From Bacteroidetes bacterium UBA1935 (GTDB taxonomy: Bacteria; Bacteroidota; Bacteroidia; Chitinophagales; Chitinophagaceae), in the NCBI GenBank assembly GCA_002337045.1, contig DDFF01000008.1, positions 215,143-279,142 of the forward strand: a stretch of 64,000 bases of DNA. The letters run 5' to 3'. The notes under the pieces were generated by a model. That model was not told the origin of the DNA. It saw only the letters and a list, made by a program, of their open reading frames with translations, and ran no database searches. Made by a program: the position numbers and the translations under genes. Position 1 is the first letter of the stretch. Every line of letters starts with the position of its first letter. Shown piece after piece: positions 57,284 through 64,000 of this stretch.

Positions 57284-58429
57284 TTAACTGCCAGCCTTGC
57301 GGATTATTTCAAAATTGGCAATAACCGGCCTATGATCTGATAGCTCTGTGTGCGGACAATCGAAACCGACAATCTTCAGGACTGCAGGGTCGTAAAATAG
57401 GTGGTCGATGCGTAGGGTGGGTAATATCTGGCTGTAGGTACGGCCAAGGAATTTGCCTTTGTCTGCAAACGCATCATTAAGATTGCCACGCAGCTTGGTA
57501 TATGTATAAGAGCCGGGCAAATCGTTGAAATCGCCGCAAATCATTACAGGGTATGGGCTTTGTGCGATGATGGCAGCAGCTTTGTCTGTTTCTTCTGCAC
57601 GTTTGGCAAATGCATAGTTGAACTTCCAGATGAAAGAGCGTGTGAGACCGAGGCTGTTTGTAAGTGCAGAGCTGTTTTTCTTTACGTATTCTATATAGGC
57701 TTTCTCATCATCACTAAGGCCAAAGGTGCTGAGGTGTACGTAAAATGTACGCATGGTATCGCCACCGGGCAATGCCACATCGCCCTGCAGCAGGAATGTA
57801 TATTCTGCCAGTTGGTGCGCCTTGTAGTTGAAGAACTGGTGACGGGTAAAAACAGCCGTACCCAGGAATATGGTGGTGCCCAATGTATTGTCGTAATGAA
57901 AGCGATATTCGGGGTAGTTGCCATTCTCCATTATCTTGCGCCCGTAGGGCTTCATAGAGTCTGTCTTTGGTACAGAATATTCGGGCAGGCACATAATGTC
58001 TGCATCCAGCTCTTTCAGGTAAGTAAGTATGTCTTTTTCAAAAGCTTTATCGCGGGGCACTTTGAAGATGCCCATGCCGTGTACATTCCACGTAACTACA
58101 CGCAGGCGGTCGTTTGCCTTGGCCATATCGTTTTTACCAAAGTGAAAACCGAAAACAACGAATATCAGCTTGTAGCAAACCACCAATGCTATGAGTGATA
58201 ACAGCGAACGTATTTTTTTGCTGGTAAATAGCCAGATGAATACAAAGAGTACATTGGCAATAATGGCAAATGGTGTGGTGAGGGTAACGAGTGCCAGATG
58301 GCTAACTTCAAGCGGGCTTTTGACGGCTGCAAGCGCACACAGGGCTATCCATACCACACTGCCAACATTCAGCAGGAGTAAAGTGTAGCGTAGCAGCTTG
58401 CGTAGAAATCCCGGTTTGTTGTCTTTCAA
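57284..58429 (-). CDS. Endonuclease/exonuclease/phosphatase (EEP) family protein with an N-terminal membrane anchor
   Basis: Three to four N-terminal TM helices, 'RVVTWNVHG', C-terminal 'LSDHRPV'. TTG start. Confidence 0.75.
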   Translation of the reverse strand: MKDNKPGFLRKLLRYTLLLLNVGSVVWIALCALAAVKSPLEVSHLALVTLTTPFAIIANVLFVFIWLFTSKKIRSLLSLIALVVCYKLIFVVFGFHFGKNDMAKANDRLRVVTWNVHGMGIFKVPRDKAFEKDILTYLKELDADIMCLPEYSVPKTDSMKPYGRKIMENGNYPEYRFHYDNTLGTTIFLGTAVFTRHQFFNYKAHQLAEYTFLLQGDVALPGGDTMRTFYVHLSTFGLSDDEKAYIEYVKKNSSALTNSLGLTRSFIWKFNYAFAKRAEETDKAAAIIAQSPYPVMICGDFNDLPGSYTYTKLRGNLNDAFADKGKFLGRTYSQILPTLRIDHLFYDPAVLKIVGFDCPHTELSDHRPVIANFEIIRKAGS

Positions 58430-58441
58430 TGTTGTGGTTGA

Positions 58442-59344
58442 TTATGGGTTGTTGTCTTTACTTGCTTTCATCAGGATGTCTTTTTCTTCCTTCGTAAGCG
58501 AGTCGTAGCCTTTCTGGTTTATTTTATCCAGAATATCATCTATTCTTTTCTGATTGTGTTGTCTGCTAGTATAGGCGTTCAGCGCTTCATTGCGCTTCTT
58601 GCTGTTCTTTTCGCGTATGCGGTCTGCATCAGGTTCTGCCATATTGCTCAGCTTATCGAACATGTTGTATACCCACATACCCGGTTGCTTGCCGTTTTTT
58701 ACCAGCATCATGTATACAAAGCCCGTAAGCGCACCGCCACCCAGCATAAACAGTGATGGTGTATACAGATTTACGTTTACCAGCATCAGCGCATAGAAGA
58801 TGATGGAGAGTACCCATATAGGTATGCTGAAAGTAGGTGCCAGATAGAAACGGTAAGAAGGTGAAAGTGTGAGGACGGCAGTTGCTACACCTACAACACC
58901 TGCATGCGCACCCATCATGAAGCCTGCACTGCCTACACCCGGCATCAGTTGTGCCATTTCATAAAACAGCCCTCCTACTACCAGGCTGTATACAAACAGC
59001 GGTATTACCTGCTTGTAGCCTACCAACGATTGCATAACAGAGCCGAAGCCGTATAGCCATACCATATTGGTAAACAACACCCAGAAACCATCATGCGTCC
59101 ACCCGTAGGTAAATATTGTCCACCATTTTGCGCCAAAATTGGCTATAGCAGGCAGCGCTACATTGGGAGTGAAATTGATTTCAAAATATTCGGGCCTTAA
59201 ACCTGCTACCAGTAGTATAACACGTATCAGGTGGAAGGTGATATAACCTGTTGCAGATGCTACTATTATTTGCAGCACCGCATTCTGGCTATAGCCAGGT
59301 ATAGAAGATAAAGGAGAACGTTTGCGCGATGTATTCATTGCCAT
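58442..59344 (-). CDS. Rhomboid-fold membrane protein lacking the canonical Ser/His dyad (putative pseudoprotease) with a charged C-terminal tail
   Basis: Rhomboid TM2 signature 'WWTIFTYGWTHDGFWVLFTNMVWLYGFG'. 'GAHAG' stands where GxSG is expected and 'FMLGGGALTGF' where AHxGG is expected. Confidence 0.6.
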   Translation of the reverse strand: MAMNTSRKRSPLSSIPGYSQNAVLQIIVASATGYITFHLIRVILLVAGLRPEYFEINFTPNVALPAIANFGAKWWTIFTYGWTHDGFWVLFTNMVWLYGFGSVMQSLVGYKQVIPLFVYSLVVGGLFYEMAQLMPGVGSAGFMMGAHAGVVGVATAVLTLSPSYRFYLAPTFSIPIWVLSIIFYALMLVNVNLYTPSLFMLGGGALTGFVYMMLVKNGKQPGMWVYNMFDKLSNMAEPDADRIREKNSKKRNEALNAYTSRQHNQKRIDDILDKINQKGYDSLTKEEKDILMKASKDNNP

Positions 59345-59355
59345 GTCTTTTGCTC

Positions 59356-60243
59356 TTAATAGAAGTTGCTCCTGTTTTGTTTATTCCAGATTTTCAAAAG
59401 TATGAAGCCGACTAGCATACCACCCAGGTGTGCAAAGTGGGCAACATTATCACCGGCAGAATTGCGGAAGCCTGCAAACAGCTCGAACACCGCATAGGCC
59501 GCTACCACATATTTTGCTTTAATAGGTACCAGGAAGTAGAGATATAACAGGGTATTTGGGAACAGATAACCAAAGGCAAACAAGATGCCGAATACAGCAC
59601 CCGAAGCACCTACGGTAGCCTCGTCATATATGCCGGGAATATACTGTCCGGTAGGCTTGTAGTTGAAGCCATGCAGATATTGGTTGATGGCAGATATCGA
59701 TTCATTTGCCAGATCCTGCGACGGTGAATTGCTCCAGACTTTTGCTATTTCGTACAACTGCATGCTGAGCGGATTGCCGCTCATTTTTACACGTTGGTTC
59801 AGGAAGAGATTGAACTGATCGAGCGTGGCATTGTGCTGATACTGGGTAAATGCCTGCTCTATAACTCGGTATTCGTAAGCCAGCACACCCATGTGCAATG
59901 CCGCCGCACCCAGACCACACACGATATAAAATGTAAGAAAGCGCTTGGGCCCCCATACGTTTTCCAGTATGCTACCAAACATCCAGAGGGCAAACATATT
60001 GGAGAATAGGTGTGTCAGCGTTGCGTTTACATCGTAATAGCTGCCATGCATAAACATGTGCGTGAAGTACTGCCACGGTTTGAAGTAAACGGATTTCCAG
60101 TAGTGCAGGCCCAGATAGTCTGAAAGATCTATACCAAACTTGCCCAATACGTATTGGGCAAATACCATAATGGAATTGATGATAATTAAGTTCTTAACTA
60201 TCGGAGGAAGTATCTGAAAGCGCCCCGGCCTGAATTCAGTCAT
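59356..60243 (-). CDS. Rhomboid family intramembrane serine protease
   Basis: 'FTHMFMHGS...HLFSNMFALWMFG', catalytic 'GASGAVFG', 'FAHLGGMLVGF'. Confidence 0.85.
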   Translation of the reverse strand: MTEFRPGRFQILPPIVKNLIIINSIMVFAQYVLGKFGIDLSDYLGLHYWKSVYFKPWQYFTHMFMHGSYYDVNATLTHLFSNMFALWMFGSILENVWGPKRFLTFYIVCGLGAAALHMGVLAYEYRVIEQAFTQYQHNATLDQFNLFLNQRVKMSGNPLSMQLYEIAKVWSNSPSQDLANESISAINQYLHGFNYKPTGQYIPGIYDEATVGASGAVFGILFAFGYLFPNTLLYLYFLVPIKAKYVVAAYAVFELFAGFRNSAGDNVAHFAHLGGMLVGFILLKIWNKQNRSNFY

Positions 60244-60302
60244 TTTGTAATGTTTCGTCTATGTAACGGTACTCAATTATCACGCCTGATAAATAGTGCT
60301 GC

Positions 60303-60310
60303 CAAAATTA
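60303..60310 (-). promoter_or_regulatory. Candidate -7 box (TAATTTTG on the minus strand) upstream of the rhomboid-rhomboid-EEP genes
   Basis: Plus strand 'caaaatta', about 60 nt upstream of the ATG at 60243. Confidence 0.25.
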
Positions 60311-60378
60311 CACACTATCATGCGCTTTAGGCTCAAATTACAAATCTTAATATTATAATCTTATCCTAAAACAGCGGC

Positions 60379-61707
60379 TCATGGTTTTTGTTTATGCAAC
60401 AAAGTCAGCACGCCTTCTTTTTGCAGTATACGGTAGCCTATACGGTCGTTTGAGATACCTTGTTTCAGCTCGTAGGTAAAAAGGAATTGCTCATCGCCCG
60501 CCATTTGCGTGGTGAAGTAGGCAAAATTGATAGATGCATTGGTGCTGAAATGTTGTGCAACCTCGTACAGGTGAGTAGAAAGTATCATCAGATGGTGCGG
60601 ATGGTTCAGCAAACCATCTATTACAGCTTTTGTGCATTCGTATGCATCGTGTACGTTGGTGCCTTTAAAAAGCTCGTCCATCAATACAAGGTGAGCACCG
60701 TGATTTTGCAGTTGTTGTGCAGTCAGCTTCATCCGTTGTACCTCTGCAAAAAAGTAGCTTTCGCCCTTTATCAGGTTGTCCTCCACATGCATATTGGTAA
60801 TGATGCCTTGCAAAAAGCTGATGCGCATGGCCTTAGCAGGAACGGCCATACCTATATGTGCCAGCAAAGCCCCCACACCAAGCGCACGCATAAAAGTGGT
60901 TTTGCCACTCATATTGGCACCTGTCAGTATCAGGAAGTTTTGCTTGTCTTGCAGGTTGATGGTGTATGGTATGGGTTGTTGCAACAGCGGGTGGTATAGT
61001 TCCTTCACATCCAGCACCGAAACATCGGCTGGCAGCAGTTGGGGGAAATGCCAGCTGTGCAGCAGCGATGCTTTTGCCATAGCCTGCCAGGCATCCATTC
61101 TTGCATAGTGATTTACAAGGCGGTTGATATTATGCTTCATTTCGCGGCGCACTTTGTAGTTGAGCAAAGCAAGATCGCGATAAGGGGTGTCTTTATTTAC
61201 GAGTAATAATTCTTCTGTAAGGCGGTGGTTGGTTTCCTGCAATACCAGCTCCAGCTCGCGGCGCAGCATTTCGGGTAGGTCATTTCTTTGAAGCAGGGCG
61301 GTCATTTGCCTGCAGCCCTTCATAAAGTCTGCTATGTGCGATAGCGAGAACTGTGTAAAGAAGTATTCATTCTTATTCAGCCATTTCTGCAAATAACGTC
61401 CCAGTATCAGATTGATGCCCGCAGGTGGGGTAGATTGCGTATCGGCAGCGTCAAAGAATTTATCTATCATCACCAATGTACCGTTGGTAATAATAGCAGG
61501 CCACACATCTGTATTGCGGGAAAAGAATTTTACCATATCCTGCATCTGCATCAAATCCTGATGTGTAGCAGGTGGCGATTGTATATGCCTGCGCAGCATG
61601 TCTTTACCTGCCTGCGTGGTGGTATGTGCCAACAAGCCAAAGATGCTGCCGTTTTCATCGGCAGCAAATACAGAAAGGTCTTTGAGTGTGGTTTTGTCGC
61701 TTTGCAT
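60379..61707 (-). CDS. MutS-family ATPase paralog lacking the mismatch-binding N-terminal domain
   Basis: Walker A 'GANMSGKTTFMRALG', Walker B 'LVLMDELFKGTN', 'ILSTHLYE'. Only 442 aa. Confidence 0.8.
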   Translation of the reverse strand: MQSDKTTLKDLSVFAADENGSIFGLLAHTTTQAGKDMLRRHIQSPPATHQDLMQMQDMVKFFSRNTDVWPAIITNGTLVMIDKFFDAADTQSTPPAGINLILGRYLQKWLNKNEYFFTQFSLSHIADFMKGCRQMTALLQRNDLPEMLRRELELVLQETNHRLTEELLLVNKDTPYRDLALLNYKVRREMKHNINRLVNHYARMDAWQAMAKASLLHSWHFPQLLPADVSVLDVKELYHPLLQQPIPYTINLQDKQNFLILTGANMSGKTTFMRALGVGALLAHIGMAVPAKAMRISFLQGIITNMHVEDNLIKGESYFFAEVQRMKLTAQQLQNHGAHLVLMDELFKGTNVHDAYECTKAVIDGLLNHPHHLMILSTHLYEVAQHFSTNASINFAYFTTQMAGDEQFLFTYELKQGISNDRIGYRILQKEGVLTLLHKQKP

Positions 61708-63038
61708 TACCTGTCGAAACGCAGCCTTTGTCCGCGCATGCTATCGTTGATAGTTCCGTTTTCGTATGCTATCTGTCCACTCACAAATGTATATTTTACC
61801 GTAGCAGGGAAGCTGTGGCCTTCAAATGGAGACCAGCCGCATTTGTACAGTATATTGTCTTTGGTAACGGTATACGGATTGTTCATATCCACCAACACAA
61901 GGTCGGCCCAATAGCCTTCACGTATATAACCACGCTCTGCAATCTGGAAGCAGATGGCAGGTGTATGGCTCATTTTCTCTACTACTTTTTCAATGCTTAT
62001 TTTCCCTTGCTTTACGTACTGCAGCATCAGTAGCAGCGAGTGCTGTACCAATGGTACACCTGCAGGTGCCTGTGCATAGGGTTGTTGTTTTTCTTCCCAA
62101 GTATGCGGGGCATGGTCTGTAGCAATGATATCCAGCCTGTCATCAAGTAGTGCCTCCCAAAGTGCTGCTTTGTTTTCAGGTGCTTTGATGGCAGGGTTAC
62201 ATTTTATCAGGTTGCCGAATTGTGTATAATCATCGGCAGTAAAGTGCAGGTGATGCACACATACTTCAGATGTGATGCGTTTATCTTCCAAAGGCAGCAT
62301 GTTTGTAAACAACTGCAATTCTTTGGCAGTAGATATATGTAGTATGTGCAGGCGTGTGTTGTGTTGCTTTGCCAGTTGCACGGCAGAGAAAGAACTTTCA
62401 AAACAAGCCTCTACATCGCGTATCAGCGGGTGGAAAGATGCGTGGTCTGCGTTGGCATATTTTTCTTTGTTTGCTTTTACTACACGCTCATCTTCGCAGT
62501 GTGTGGCAATCAGCAATTCGCTTTCAGAAAAGAGTTTGTTCAGCGTCAGGTAATTATCTACCAGCATATTGCCCGTGCTGGAACCCATGAATATTTTAAT
62601 ACCGCAGATATCTTTCTTCTTGGCATTTGTTTTCAGTACTTCGTCAGCATTGTCATTTGCTACACCCATAAAGAAAGAGTAGTTGGCTACAGATGAACCG
62701 GCAGCTATGGCATATTTATCTTCCAGCAGTTCCTGTGTAAGTGCTGCAGGCACAGTGTTGGGCATCTCCATAAAAGAAGTAGTACCACCTGCTACTGCGG
62801 CACGCGCCTCGCTTGCAATATTGGCTTTGTGTGTAAGGCCCGGCTCGCGAAAGTGTACCTGATCGTCAATAACACCCGGCAACAGATAAAGACCTTCCGC
62901 ATTTATTTCTCTGCAATCAGCATCGGGTTGTATGCCTGTGCCTATCTTTTCGATGCGTCCGTTTTTAACAAGCACATCTGTTACTTCCTGTTTTCCTTCA
63001 TTAACAACTGTAGCACCTTTTATTAATACTGAAGCCAT
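61707..63038 (-). CDS. pyrC: Dihydroorotase (cyclic amidohydrolase family)
   Basis: 'LLPGVIDDQVHFREPGLTHK', 'GGTTSFMEMPN', 'IATDHAPH'. Its stop overlaps the mutS-paralog ATG by 1 nt (TAATG). Confidence 0.8.
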   Translation of the reverse strand: MASVLIKGATVVNEGKQEVTDVLVKNGRIEKIGTGIQPDADCREINAEGLYLLPGVIDDQVHFREPGLTHKANIASEARAAVAGGTTSFMEMPNTVPAALTQELLEDKYAIAAGSSVANYSFFMGVANDNADEVLKTNAKKKDICGIKIFMGSSTGNMLVDNYLTLNKLFSESELLIATHCEDERVVKANKEKYANADHASFHPLIRDVEACFESSFSAVQLAKQHNTRLHILHISTAKELQLFTNMLPLEDKRITSEVCVHHLHFTADDYTQFGNLIKCNPAIKAPENKAALWEALLDDRLDIIATDHAPHTWEEKQQPYAQAPAGVPLVQHSLLLMLQYVKQGKISIEKVVEKMSHTPAICFQIAERGYIREGYWADLVLVDMNNPYTVTKDNILYKCGWSPFEGHSFPATVKYTFVSGQIAYENGTINDSMRGQRLRFDR

Positions 63039-63068
63039 ATAAATAACTGATAAACTGAATTATAACTA

Positions 63069-63076
63069 TATTTTTG
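63069..63076 (+). promoter_or_regulatory. Candidate -7 box (TAnnTTTG) upstream of the last gene
   Basis: 'tatttttg', 39 nt upstream of the ATG at 63115. Confidence 0.3.
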
Positions 63077-63114
63077 TGGCAAGTTAGCGCATACGCTTGT
63101 AGAAAACATATTCT

Positions 63115-64000
63115 ATGTACAAAAAAGCTGCATCTCTCGCATTATCCATTGCATTCACAGCAATAGCCGCACAGGCACAAACAACTTATCTGCAACTGAA
63201 TCAGGAAGACTATCATCTGCTTGACAGGTTGGAGACTCGTTCAGGCCGTTTGTCAGACGACTTGTTCCTGTTCGTAAAACCTGTATCGCGCAAAAGTGCG
63301 GTAGAGTTTCTGCAATGGCAGCGAAAGGAATCGCACATTGATAATCTGAGCGAGATAGATAAGTATAATGTAGCACATGCAATATCTGTAAGTGGCGAAT
63401 GGGCACTGGAGCAAAATGGTGCAATAGATTCGAAACGTGCGATACTGAAGAATTTCTACAAAAAGCAGCCCGACCTGATATATGTAAATAATGACAACTT
63501 CTTCCTGTCTGCCAATCCCATCATTACTGCACATGGGATGTATGAGAAAAATAATGGTACACTCTTTACCAGTAGCAGAGGTTTGGAGGCAAGAGGCCTG
63601 ATTGCTAAGAAAGTTGGCTTCTATACCATGTTTACCGACAATCAGGAAACAATGCCGGGCTTTGCAGCTGCATGGGCAGATAGTGCTGATGCGGTACCGG
63701 GTAATGATTTCTTTACAAGAAAAGGTGCAAACAAATTTGACTACCTGACTGCACGTGGGTATATAGATTTTGCAGTCGTGAAAGATCATATTAATGTAAC
63801 ATTCGGCTACGACAAGCATTTTCTGGGTGATGGTATGCGCAGTATGTTCCTGAGTGATTTTTCTGCAGGTGCAACATTTTTGCGCTTGAATACAAAGGTT
63901 TGGAAATTCAATTACCAAAACCTGTATATGGAACTGACACCACAATACAGGCGTGGTGCAGACAGAGAATTGCCACATAAATATGCAACCATGCATCATC
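63115..64000 (+). CDS. Secreted / outer-membrane protein, 3' end outside the window (possibly capsule-assembly Wzi family)
   Basis: This ORF is not in the supplied track. I translated it by hand from the ATG at 63115 to the window end without meeting a stop. Signal peptide 'MYKKAASLALSIAFTAIAAQAQ'. The beta-rich sequence 'FLRLNTKVWKFNYQNLYMELT' resembles Wzi-family annotations from memory. The 248-aa minus-strand ORF at 63253-63999 is its shadow. Confidence 0.55.
   Translation, partial: MYKKAASLALSIAFTAIAAQAQTTYLQLNQEDYHLLDRLETRSGRLSDDLFLFVKPVSRKSAVEFLQWQRKESHIDNLSEIDKYNVAHAISVSGEWALEQNGAIDSKRAILKNFYKKQPDLIYVNNDNFFLSANPIITAHGMYEKNNGTLFTSSRGLEARGLIAKKVGFYTMFTDNQETMPGFAAAWADSADAVPGNDFFTRKGANKFDYLTARGYIDFAVVKDHINVTFGYDKHFLGDGMRSMFLSDFSAGATFLRLNTKVWKFNYQNLYMELTPQYRRGADRELPHKYATMHH

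Noticed and set aside
60379-61709. A MutS paralog without a mismatch-binding domain, coupled to dihydroorotase by a 1-nt overlap (TAATG), considered as part of a novel system
   Set aside because: Short MutS-family ATPases are common, multi-copy housekeeping paralogs in Bacteroidota. No nuclease, Smr or other partner domain is adjacent, and a 1-nt overlap alone is not evidence of a functional link.
61707-63038. The dihydroorotase has 'DDQVHF' where the classical metal-binding 'DxHxH' motif is expected (the first His is Gln)
   Set aside because: From memory, 'DDQVHFREPG' is the usual form in Bacteroidota dihydroorotases, so this looks like a lineage trait rather than a local anomaly. It would need an alignment to confirm.
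1-64000. Search by eye for tRNA, rRNA, CRISPR arrays, transposases, integrases, IS inverted repeats, toxin-antitoxin pairs or known defence genes
   Set aside because: None found. Intergenic space is minimal apart from 48694-49161. No spaced direct-repeat arrays, tRNA-like T-arm motifs, DDE/tyrosine-recombinase-like ORFs or other defence hallmarks were seen. The AT-rich cassette has no visible flanking mobility genes or repeats.

Overview
This 64-kb chromosomal segment reads like a Bacteroidota genome, probably Chitinophagia/Sphingobacteriia-like. The cues are the ftsX-DUF3098 pair, tandem rhomboids next to an EEP-family protein, TAnnTTTG-type promoter motifs and no obvious Shine-Dalgarno use. 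Nucleotides 1-44,917 form one same-strand (+) surface-polysaccharide locus of 43 genes, 42 apparently intact and 1 frameshifted. It contains: a Wzc-type tyrosine autokinase (5' end cut by the window); an AsnB-like amidotransferase; the GDP-L-fucose genes gmd/fcl; a Wzm/Wzt ABC exporter whose Wzt has a C-terminal glycan-binding-type domain; two tandem 3,4-ketoisomerase-like cupins; a FemAB-like acyl/aminoacyl-transferase; three SAM methyltransferases; two WbuX/WbpG-type amidotransferases with a single HisF-like partner; a WbpB/WbpD/WbpE-like diamino-sugar block with an added formyltransferase; an aldo-keto reductase plus GMC flavoenzyme pair; a NodU/CmcH carbamoyltransferase; about 14 glycosyltransferases; a Wzy-like polymerase; and a terminal PglC/PglD/PglE-like initiation module. 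Nucleotides 44,940-64,000 are housekeeping: ftsX, an arginase-fold protein, hflX, a DUF2461 protein, dxr, rseP, galE, an MsbA-like ABC exporter, cysS, an EEP protein, two rhomboids, a MutS paralog, dihydroorotase and a partial secreted protein. I recognised no rRNA, tRNA, CRISPR array, transposase or integrase, and nothing that looks like a defence island. The points most worth a second look are: (1) the hybrid ABC/Wzy architecture with no visible Wzx; (2) a strongly AT-rich cassette (about nt 9.5-15.7 kb) of poorly characterised sugar-modifying enzymes; (3) an O-acyltransferase gene broken at two T homopolymers; (4) an in-frame (GGYTAY)n repeat encoding the Wzc tyrosine tail; (5) a flavoenzyme/reductase pair suggestive of oxidation-reduction epimerisation; (6) two acetamidino-type amidotransferases with no glutaminase subunit; and (7) an active/inactive rhomboid tandem. 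All functional calls rest on by-eye motif recognition, not on database searches.
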